From assembly GCA_903813345.2 (NCBI GenBank), contig CAIIXF020000001.1, positions 26,288,001 to 26,352,000 on the forward strand: a DNA stretch of 64,000 nt, in the 5' to 3' direction. The notes below the pieces were generated by a model. It had not been told where the DNA came from and made no database searches. It saw only the letters and a list, made by a program, of their open reading frames with translations. Below, piece after piece: positions 10,301 to 20,300 of the stretch. The position numbers and the translations under genes are program-made. Each line of letters begins with the position of its first letter. The stretch's first letter is position 1. This DNA comes from Owenia fusiformis (lineage: Eukaryota).

Positions 10301-12523
10301 TTACGTATATGTCACGCATTCTGTTCGAAATTTTCCGTATTGGGATAACTTAAATTATGATTAATAATCAAAATCTTACACGTTGCATCATTTAAATTAA
10401 CACACGTCACCTCTCTGCTAAAGCAACGATAGCTATTTACAGGTTTAAATCATAATCAAAACAATTCATATACCAACATACGAAGTATTGAAAATAGAGT
10501 AAGATTGATTTGTCTTGTTTTTCAAATCGTCTTACAATGCCATTGGCGTAGCCAGGAGGGGGTGCGATCGCACCCCCCCCCCCTTCATTACCAATGGAAA
10601 TATGACCATGATGATAGAGGAAGAAAAGAGCCTTAAAATGCTTTTTATTTGAAGCTTCTAGCTCAATTTTGAAGGAAGTAACATACATTTTTATAATTCA
10701 AAACAAATCTTACACGTTTTCTAATGATCTAATTATGTTGTATATTCGTATATTTCGTTTTTTGGGTACCCGTTTTTTTTCGACCGGGTACCAAGTTTGA
10801 ACCCAGCATGGAGGATTTACTACCCAGTACCCGGTTTTTTCTACAAACCCTATCTAGAAAAGTAACCTCATTTCCTATAATTTGATGTAGATTAATAGAA
10901 CCCCTATATCATGGGCTTTCAATTGAAAGCCCATGCCTACAGTATATGAATAGGTACATTTTAATATATAACATTATGGGGGTAAGCGTTTCATAGTTGG
11001 TCACGACGCCAGAAGTGCAAAGTATTGTTCCGAATTTTTGAATTTCGTGTTAGATTACGGTACTCACACCTGAAGCATGGTTTTTGTTTTTGATAAATTA
11101 CAATGAAGTATAATAATATTCCTATGCGTATTTTGTGAAATTGTGTTGACGTTTATTTAAGTTACAATGTAACGGTGCATTATATTTGATTAATCAGTAT
11201 CTGAAAGTTTGATTTAAGTACTTTTACACGCTTTTACATTAGTCCCAATCACGCAAATCCCTTGAATGTCCCGGAACATCCTGCAAATTTAGGTGGATGT
11301 CCCGCGAAATCCCGCAAATTTAGGGCACTTTGTCTAAAAAATCGGTCCCTCTATGAAGTTTTTGGTGGTACCCCTGTTAACTGTCCCGCAATTAGGGTGT
11401 TTGTCCCTCGAATGGTCCCGCGAAATCCCGCGAATTTGATAAAAAAAATTGGCCTATTAGCACAATCACGCAAATCCCTTAAACGTCCCGCGAAATCCCG
11501 CGAATTTAGTAGATGTCCCGCAAAATCCCGCAAATTTTGGGCACTTGGTCTAAAACATCTGTCCCGCGAGAAAATCTTTAGGGGTTGACAGTACTGCTAT
11601 TAGATATAAGTCATATCTAATAATGCCATACTCTAAAAATATGAATTCAAATCTCCTCAATCAAAAAGAACAAAAATCAATAATCTCACATTTTTGAAGT
11701 GAAAAAAATAATTTTGATTTGTATGGAAATTGGAAAAACAGATAGACTCATGGACAGATGGGTGGACAGAGGGCTTTACTATATGGTCTATATCCCTATC
11801 AAACTTTGTTCGATGGAATAATAAAATATTCATGGTAAGAAATTGCCCCATTTGATATATAAATCACATGACCATATGTGGACTAATATTAGCTGTAAGT
11901 TAATTTTTACTTTAATGAACCATATTCATTTAAACATATGTTATTTATTGTAATATAAAAATCTACACATTTATTGAAACATATGAAAATAAGTTATTGA
12001 ACAACCATGGTATATTGTTAATTACCTTGCCTTGTTGTTCGGAGCAGAATGCCTCATACTTGGCATTGAAGAGGACCCAATAGAAGATGTGTTGCCCCAT
12101 TTAGTACTACTACACTCAGTGTTGGATGTTACAGCACTGCTAGGTGTTTCTAGTAACCCAAAATCTGCAATTACGAAAATGAGCAATTTATCCTTGATTT
12201 AAATATAAGGAGTTTGCATCATTGGGAACATTTAGATATATTGAGTTTGAGCTATGAAAATCAAGTCTTAATTCCAGCAAACTTGTATAAATGGTGTTGT
12301 AAAAATCAAAGAAAGATAATTATTTTTATAGTTATTTGTAAATGTTACAATTGGACCATTTAGCAGGGCTAGGGCATGATGCATCATTTTCCTGTATGTG
12401 GGAACCTGAGAAATGTTACTCTTTTTCCTGGTAATGTTTTCTGAAAATATGTTGTTTTTTAGAATAGTAATAAAATAACTCACTATACTTTGGATCTTTT
12501 ACACCAACTGCAAAACCTGACAT
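1356..12523 (-). CDS. MSH4: MutS homolog 4 (meiotic MutS-gamma), 5' coding exons; gene continues off the left edge
   Basis: Phase-consistent GT-AG exons 12523-12484 ([13 protein letters not shown]), 12164-12026, 9218-9001, 1972-1824, 1479-1356. They give ...[97 protein letters not shown], matching the MSH4 connector-domain signature (VEGRGxARGExGMA..QRKYFNE). The start exon is less certain than the core, and a small phase-1 exon near 12350-12405 is possible. Confidence 0.92.
2283..2905. repeat. Dispersed repeat with internal inverted segments; related reverse-complement copy at ~35230-35630
   Basis: GTTTGGAGAACGAAGTTCATCAGTC / GACTGATGAACTTCATTCTCCAAATC arms, and the recurring block AAATGTCCTCTTTTGAATAT..ATTTCTATATTT. 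Confidence 0.6.
3091..3933. mobile_element. Tc1/mariner-like MITE with a nested ~414-bp MITE
   Basis: Termini CAGGGTGACA (3091) and TGTCACCCTG (3933), followed by TA. Internal 3191-3386 is duplicated at 2558-2753. Confidence 0.5.
3411..3824. mobile_element. ~414-bp MITE (GATGCGAGTAG termini); copies at 54205-54628, ~38423-38660 (partial) and ~12838-12890 (fragment)
   Basis: Inverted termini GATGCGAGTAG / CTACTCGCATC. Colinear reverse-complement match to 54205-54628 across the whole length. Confidence 0.8.
4500..8692 (+). CDS. Alpha-1,3-fucosyltransferase (glycosyltransferase family 10), nested in an MSH4 intron
   Basis: Exons 5592-6354 and 8283-8692 join in phase 1 ([26 protein letters not shown]), giving the GT10 motif. 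Also present: [46 protein letters not shown]. Probable exon 4500-4554 ([18 protein letters not shown]) puts a basic stretch before the hydrophobic anchor [14 protein letters not shown], as in type II Golgi proteins. The start codon was not located. Confidence 0.9.
4771..5400. mobile_element. Foldback MITE, Kolobok-like; second truncated copy at ~59663-60170
   Basis: Long inverted arms AGGTCTATGTGCAGTATAGCAAGTGATTTTAGATGGTCATAT / ATATGACCGTCTAAAATCACTTGCCATACTGCACATGGACCT. Flanks TCAA / TTGA resemble a degenerate TTAA. Confidence 0.7.
6357..8130. repeat. Truncated transposon with G-rich degenerate tandem repeat (alternating subunits, ~300-bp period) filling the FucT intron
   Basis: Starts CAGGCCCGTA, identical to the TIR start of the MITE at 49133. 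About 10 subunits of AGAAAATTTTACA..TTTAAGATGC.ATTTGGTGCT.TCTGGGCACTT / AGAAACATTGAC..GCTATTTGATGA, separated by G-runs. No right TIR found. Confidence 0.65.
9421..11596 (+). mobile_element. Composite non-autonomous hAT-like element, copy 1 (6-bp TSD CTATTA)
   Basis: Termini CAGAGCTGTCAA / TTGACAGTACTG. CTATTA at 9415-9420 and 11597-11602. Dense TCCCGC subterminal repeats. Inverted copy at 14924-16861. Confidence 0.88.
9831..10851. mobile_element. Nested palindromic hAT-like MITE (8-bp TSD ATCTAGAA); same insertion at 15572-16451 in copy 2
   Basis: TIR AGGGTTTGTAGAAAAA / TTTTTCTACAAACCCT. ATCTAGAA at 9823-9830 and 10852-10859; TTCTAGAT at 15564-15571 and 16452-16459. Confidence 0.8.
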
Positions 12524-13146
12524 GGCTTTTATCTGGCCTTGCAAATCTGAAAACAGCAGGATTTGTAATTAGTGCTGCCTTACAAAACAATTCACATGCA
12601 AGTTCAGAAAATAATTTAACAATCACCTTACCTTCAGATATAGCACCTTCTAAAAGTGACAACAAAAAATGATATAGTGTAAAACATTTGACACAATATT
12701 TAACAAGGCATTAACATTCAAAATATCATCACCTGCCATTTGTTACAGATCTCAACCAGAATGCCACACACACCAACCACCAACCAAACTGACAATATTC
12801 AAGTTTAGGGAACTTTCTTAGGCCATGTTAATTAACCTGAATCAGCCACCTGGTGGTGAAACTGGTAACTACCTACTTGCATCTGAGTATTTAATATTAG
12901 CAAATTCCCCACATCTTTCTCTATTTTGATGCCAGAAATCAACATATTATTCGAAGTGTATTCAGAAAATCTTGAATGCTCACTGAATGACGTCATTAGT
13001 CCATCCATTAGACCAATTTCAATATGCAACGATGTCTTTTCTCAATACAGATTTACGTGATAGGCATATGTCTTATCTGGAGACCTCTGAACCCCAGGGT
13101 TTCCCCCTCTTGCTGAATATCAAGCCACAGACTATAGCCCTACATG

Positions 13147-13184
13147 CATAGGCGTAGCCTGACTGAAAGCTGGCTACACCCCTG
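13147..13184. mobile_element. 38-bp minimal MITE (essentially two TIRs)
   Basis: CATAGGCGTAGC-CTGACTGAAAGCTG-GCTACACCCCTG flanked by TACATG on both sides. Ends match the element at 61270-61546. Confidence 0.7.
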
Positions 13185-13758
13185 TACATGAATGGCAGAA
13201 TATTGGCCAGGCGGGCTAGATCTACATTGTGATTCTCAATCTCATTCTGGCTACCCTATGCATAAGTCTTGCAACAGATAGCATGTGCTATGCATTCATT
13301 TGACTTTGCTTAAAAATAGAGCTTTGTGTTCACTCTTTCAGTTTTCAATTAATCTTTGAACTCACTGAGCTAATCAGAGTTCGTTGTCGAAATAAGGACA
13401 ACTTTCTATGTATGGTCATTTTTTCTGACGTAATCGCATAATTATTATGCACGCATTTAGCACCTATTCCTTCCAGCTACCCCCATAAATGTGGGGTCGA
13501 ATTGGTGTTTTTTCTTATTTTTTAATATTTTAGTGCAAGAATGATAAAATATAAGAAAAAACGCCAATTCGACCCCACATTTATGGGGGTACTTCCAGCT
13601 TGCTGATTGGTTGAGAAAAGGGTCAGCGTGGTAGGTTTGAAATGATTTATGACCTGATCTGTCATGGGCATCGGTTGTGGGGGCGGAGCTGCTAAACTGT
13701 ATCTTCAAAACCCATTCAGGGTACCTTGGCATCCAATCCTCTTACTTGTGGACAATAA

Positions 13759-14879
13759 CAGGCCTGTCAACTGTCCCGCAATTTGCGTATTTGTCACGCA
13801 TTTGCTGAAGAATTTGAACAGAAAATGTCACGCAAATACGCATTTTACCTGGTAATTGTCAAGCAAAAATATTTCTGTAGAAATTTTTTTTAAAAAAATC
13901 ATCTACACAGCAAAAATACGAACGCCGGAAAAAAACGTACGCACTTTTCGCGCGAATTACGTATATGTCACGCATTCCGTTCGTAATTTTTCGTACCTAC
14001 CCCCCCCCCCCCCCCCCCCCCCATTGATGGATGTTTGAAACGCGAGCGTAGTGAGCGCGAAAAATTTGAGGTGTTCAAAATTTGGTAAGATGTAATAAAA
14101 TTTAGACCAAGGTGTTCAAAATTTGGATGAAGGTGTTCAAAATTTGGATCAAGGTGTTCAGATTTGGACCAAGGTGTCCACATTTTGAGGGGAGGTGTTC
14201 AACTTACTCTACCGAGCTGACAGAAGTCAGCTCTGGGAAGTTGGATGTATGTGAACTTGAAAAGAATAAATCGAGCCCATTTTGACTAAACGCTGTACTG
14301 AGTAGCGTTTATAATACGCTATATATTTGAATCAATACATAATTTATTTGTTGTTACCTTATTTTGTTCCTTCAACAGTCTGTTGTTGTAGTAAATCAAT
14401 GTTCTTGTAGACAACAAAACTTTTGAATTTAGATTCCAGCCATTTTAGGTCACGCGAGATCTCGTGACTTTCGAAAGTAAAAATTTACTACAAAATAACT
14501 CGCGCTAGCTAAATATGATATAGTCACGTGATCTCTCAGCGGTAATACCCATGCGCATAAAAGTACAATGCGCATGTGCACGCATGCGTAAAAAGTTAGA
14601 AAATGGTGCGCGCCAGATTTGGAATTTCTCCATTTTAACTGCAATTACACAAGAAGTAGGACTTATTGTCACCGCGCGTGATGAAAAGGGCAAGTTACAT
14701 TCAATTATCTTCTTAAATACCGTTTCTTATTCCAGCGCGCCTGCTGGAAGTTGGAGAAAACCGCTTCACAGGACGGTATATTCTAACGGTGCTTCAGCTG
14801 GCTTTTGAGCCAGCTGTGTTCAGTAATGTTCAACATTTCCAAGTCACTCATGTTAGGTGTTCCCAAGTTGACAGGCCTG
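13759..14879. mobile_element. 1.12-kb non-autonomous hAT-like element (6-bp TSD CAATAA) with CpG-rich promoter-like core
   Basis: Perfect TIR CAGGCCTGTCAACT / AGTTGACAGGCCTG. CAATAA at 13753-13758 and 14880-14885. Poly-C run near 14000, ~21-bp tandem repeats at ~14065-14200. A truncated left-end copy sits at ~10067-10340. Confidence 0.9.
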
Positions 14880-14923
14880 CAATAATCATGTAGGTTTTAC
14901 TTATATACCTATGAAGTGGTACA

Positions 14924-16861
14924 CAGTACTGTCAACCCTTAAAGATTTTCTCGCGGGACAGATTCTTTAGACCCAGTGCCCAAAATTCGCGGGATTTTGC
15001 GGGACATCTACTAAATTCGCGGGATTTCGCGGGACATTTAAGGGATTTGCGTGATTGCGCTAATAGCCCAATTTTTTTTATCAAATTCGCGGGACCATAC
15101 GAGGGACAAACACCCTAATTGCGGGACAGTTGACAGGTGTACCACCAAAAACTTCATAGAGGGACAGATTTTTTAGACAAAGTGCCCTAAATTTGCGGGA
15201 TTTCGCGGGACATCCACCTAAATTTGCGGGATTTCGCGGGACATCCACCTAAATTTGCAGGATGTCCCGGGACATTCAAGGGATTTGCGTGAATGGGACT
15301 AATGTAAAAGCGTGTAAAAGTACTTAAATCAAACTTTCAGATACTGATTAATCAAATATAATGCACCTTTACATTGTAACTTAAATAAACGTCAACACAA
15401 TTTCACAAAATACGCATAGGAATATTATTAAACTTTATTGTAATTTATCAAAAACAAAAACCATGCTTCAGGTGTGAGTACCGTAACACGAAATTCAAAA
15501 ATTCGGAACAATGATATAGGGGTTCAATTAATCTACATCAAATTATAGGGAATGAGGTTACTTTTCTAGATAGGGTTTGTAGAAAAAACCGGGTACCGGG
15601 TAGTAAATGCTCCATGCTGGGTTCAAACTTGGTACCCGGTCGAAAAAACCAGGCCGGGTACCCAAAAAACGAAATATGCGAATATACAACATAATTAGAT
15701 CATTAGAAAAGGTGTAAGATTTGTTTTTAATTTACAAAAATGTGTGTAACATCCTTCAAAATTGAGCTAGAAGCTTCAAATAAAAAGCATATTTTAAGGC
15801 TCTTTTCTTCCTTTATCATCATGGTCATATTTACATTGGTAATGAAGGGGGGGGGGTGGTGCGATCGCACCCCCTCCTGGCTACGCCAATGACATTGTAA
15901 GACGATTTGAAAAACAAGACAAATCAATCTTACTCTATTTTCAATAGTTCGTATGTTGGTACGTGAATTGTTTTGATTATGATTTAAATCTGTAAATAGC
16001 TATCGTTGCTTTAGCAGAGAGGTGACGTGTTTTAATTTACATGATTCAACGTGTAAGATTTTGATTATTAATCATAATTTAAGTTATCCCAATTTTCGAC
16101 AAGATGTCCACTGAATTGTAAATTTTTATGTCTTACAATGTCATAGGCGTAGCCAGGAGAGGGTGCGATGGTGCACCCCCCCCCCATAACCAATGAAAAT
16201 ATGGCCATGACGATAGAGGAAAAAAAGAGCCTTAAAATATGCTTTTTATTTGAAGCTTCTAGCTCAATTTTGAAGGATGTTACATACATTTTTGTAAATT
16301 CAAAACAAATCTTCGCGCTTTCTCATAATCTAATTGTTATATATTCGTTTTATTTTTTTTTGGTGCCCGTTTTTTGACCGGGTACCGGGTACCAAGTTTG
16401 AACCCAGCATGGAGGATTTACTACCCGGTACCCGGTTTTTTCTACAAACCTTTCTAGATATCAGCGTCCATTTATTGTAACTTGCGTTTGCTAACATTTG
16501 CTCAGTCCTGAGATGAAGGCCACACGGGTAGTAAAAAGGCCAACGTTGGAACTATTTGTGACCTACGTCCCTATTTTCGTAATTAAAATGAAAGTTAAAC
16601 CCTTCCCCTTTATTTTGATACCAAACAACAGCATATGCTAGGTACTTAAAATTAGGTAAACTTCTCAAAAGTGCAAAAACTTAGCTTCTTATATAAGATA
16701 AGATAATCACAATATAGAGGATTGCAACAATTTCGGAAATTCGCGGAGGTCAAAGCCACATTTGCGGGACTTCGCGGGACATTGCGGGACACGCGAATAA
16801 GCCTAATTTTGATCAAATTCGCGGGATAATCCCGCCATTCGCGGGACACTTGACAGCTCTG
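14924..16861 (-). mobile_element. Composite non-autonomous hAT-like element, copy 2, inverted (6-bp TSD GGTACA)
   Basis: Reverse complement of 9421-11596. GGTACA at 14918-14923 and 16862-16867. 32-bp tandem subterminal repeats at ~15185-15270. Confidence 0.88.
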
Positions 16862-16879
16862 GGTACAATAACTTACTAA

Positions 16880-17300
16880 GACTTCGTTAGAGTTCGTTAT
16901 GTAATACTTACTGTTACACCAGGGTACTTAGAGAGTTGCCGTGAATCTGTTACTAGAAAGTTTTGATCTTCCCGCGATGGCGACAACTTCAAGTTTTGGA
17001 AGTTGTTATTTGGTGTCTCAGAACCTTTCTAAAATATATTTGGTTCCGTCATATTGACTTCAATAATGCTGACAATATCACTTACGTAATACTATCATTT
17101 AATATATATGATATTCCGACTGATTTGCATCAAAAACAGTAACTTTATTGGTTATTTCATGGGCTTTCATGGTTATTTCAATTTTTGTCTCTACTTCCGC
17201 TAAAGAACGTAATCCGGTAGACAAGTTTGGACAGACCCAGACGACGAGACCCAGAGTTTTATTTTTTTACAAATAGAATGAATTTCAAGATATCTTAGCT
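16880..17300. promoter_or_regulatory. Putative bidirectional promoter / 5' UTR region between MSH4 and LIG4
   Basis: Unique, locally CpG-richer DNA just upstream of the LIG4 ATG. Contains ATTGG (CCAAT), CTTCCG and ATGGCG motifs, and minus-strand GTAAGT donors (e.g. 16906-16911) that could end an MSH4 non-coding first exon. Confidence 0.5.
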
Positions 17301-17366
17301 ATCAGACTATAAATCTTGATGTTTTTAGTATATTTACTATTGACTCTATATTATAAAACATAAATC

Positions 17367-20300
17367 ATGTCAACGAAGACTATAGCTTCTGCTATAAAGT
17401 TTAGTGAATTGACCGGTCTTTTGGAAAAAATCAAGAAGATCCAAGGAAAATCATCTTTAGATCAAAAGAAGAGGCTGCTGAGTAATTTCATTGCAAAATG
17501 GAGAGAGGCTCACAATACATATTACAAAGGCAAAGCCACAGTAAGTAAAATCCAATGGCAACCTTACGTTACTACGTGGGCTTTCAAGAGCTTCAAGAGA
17601 TGGTTACTGAGGCCGACTATCAGAGTTGACAATTTGCAAATGTAGGCTAGATTACAAATCAACAACATAACTAAATTGGTGCATTTATGCACCTACAGCG
17701 GAGGTTTTCCAAATATGTAAAAGGTCATTGATTTCTGTATCATTGCTACAAATACATTAGCCTTGTAGAATGCATTACCATTTGTTGATTTTTGATATTT
17801 GAATATTTGTTTCCAATGTAACGGCTCTTATTTGATTTCAAATCTCAAATTCTAATAACAACAAATTGAGAGTCTTTTATAAGGCTACATTTACATGTAC
17901 TTTTTTTAGTAATTGGTTATTTCCTGTTCCTTGGTCAAAATTATTACCTGTATTGTAAGTTCTGACCATATATTCTTATTGCATATATTCTTAACATGCT
18001 CATCAGACTCTTGAAACTACTCTAAAAATCACTGAAGAACGTGGACGTGAATGTTGAATTCCTCCCCCACCATCTGACAGGGTATTATAGGCTAGATCTA
18101 ATAAATATTTGTTACTAAAAGAGTTAAGCCCAGGGCTACCTCTAGTGAAGGGTAAGTAAACTCACATTGAATGTTGTACATATAACTTTAGTCCCAACCT
18201 GATTAACATATTACAGTTAAGTACTGTACAATATTTTTCACCTTATTTATTGGACACCCTGTACATGTACATTACTGTATTTTCATTTCAGGATGATTCT
18301 TTCTATTCAGCAATGCGACTTATCATGCCTCATCTTGAAAAGGAACGTGGACCTTATGGTACAAAGGAGGTTAGTAATAGTAAAATGTGAAACCATACAC
18401 TTTAAAATAAAACAAGTAAAATAAAAGTGGGTGACCTTCCAAGCACCGAAGGATAATTTGAGATCTACTTGGCATTTCCATATATGTACAGTGTATGTAT
18501 TACGTAAATGAGAATCTTGAATATCAGGAATAACTGGTAGAGCTGGATCATTCTGTGTCAATACCATCATTATTAGAATTTTCATTTGCTTGAGAACAAT
18601 ATAGGGATATCACTGGCACTTCTAGTAGTTATTTATTGGTTGAATCTTGTTGCAGACGATGCTTGCAAAATCCTATATTTCAATCTTACAAATTGGAGAA
18701 GAGAGTGCAGATGGCAGAAAACTGAAACACTTCAGTGCACCAAAACATACAAAGGGGGTAATTATTGTTATTATTAACCTTTTAACATGTTTAAAGGAGT
18801 TGTGGATTTCAAGAAGACCTTTTCACTGTCATTTCATGTTCAGTTTTTACAAAACAATCTGACTGTTACTGTTTTTCATTGAAATTCTAAGCATGTGAGG
18901 TTAACAAGAATATACTATATCCTTAACTCAATGCATTTAATCATTTTAAGATACAAGTTCTAATATAACAAACTATTCTTTTTAGGATGAAAGTGACTTT
19001 GCTGGTGTAGCCTACTACGTGCTTAAAGATCGACTTGCTGATAAAACCTCATTGACGATTCAGGATGTGAATGATGCATTGGATGCCATTGCCTTAGCAA
19101 ATGCCAACAAGGACAAAGTCCTAAAGGAGAAGAAGCTGCTGTACCTGTTACAGAACACAAGTGCCTTGGACAACAAGTGGTTGATCAGAATGATCCTGAG
19201 AGATATGAAATTAGGATTCAGTCAACATTCAGTCTTCACAACATTTCATCAAGATGCTGAAGATTATTTCAATGTCTGCACTAGTCTACAGAAGGTGTGT
19301 ATCTCTGGGATATTTATATATATTAATTTAGCCATTTTCTAGTCTATATGTTGTGTTATGTTATATTGTATTTATTATTGTATTGTTTTCCTTATGATTA
19401 CCAAAAATAATATAATTTATCTTTTAGCATGAATTTTATCATATAAAATTTTCTGAATATTGTATTGTTTGAATTCCAATGGGATACAACAGAACATATT
19501 TTCACTTGACAAATAGTTTAGATATACCACTGTGTTTTCAAGAAATAAATCGAATACATGTACTTACAGGTGTGTCAAAGGTTACATAATCCCTCTGTCC
19601 GTATGCATGAGATAGAAATCACAGTGTTTGAGCCATTTCGCCCCATGTTAGGAGACAGAGGACAACCAAATAAGGTAGAGTCCCTATTTGGTGGTAAAGA
19701 GTTCTTCATTGAGACAAAGTATGATGGAGAGAGGATGCAACTCCATAAGGACAAGGATGAATATAAATACTTTTCAAGAGGGTGAGGATTTGATATCATT
19801 ATCTCTGGCAAAGAGGCATTGAAACAGCAGGTTAATTCTAAAGATCGGAGGATTAAATATTTATTTTATAAATCAATTTACATGTATATTCTCCCAGAAT
19901 TAAAAAACAAATAAGGAATTAAATTAGAAGCCAGTAGAGTAACTTTCTTCAAGGGGCTCAGTCAACGTTTGACAGAAATCTGTTTGAGGGAAATATGAAA
20001 AAATGTTTTTATATTGTAGAGGACTAGAATACTCAAAGACCTATGGTGCCAATGCATTTGATGGCAACTTCACACCCCAAATCCATAATTGTTTTCTCCC
20101 TGAAGTTAAGAGCTGTATACTGGATGGCGAGATGATGGCATATGATGCATCAACAGATACAATTAGTAAGTGAAATGTGCATCATAAGAAGTTCTTATTC
20201 ATCATAATCTATTATATAAGTGTTCCCTTGATTTAGATTCCTAACTGTTTTTTTATAGATATTTTAATGAGAAATATTCTTGCACCAAGTATCCAAGTTA

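Noticed and set aside
9433..16849. Duplicated short ORFs ([11 protein letters not shown]..., [13 protein letters not shown]...) as a gene family or transposase
   Set aside because: They lie within the repeated non-autonomous elements, and I see no transposase motifs or splice-consistent exon chain.
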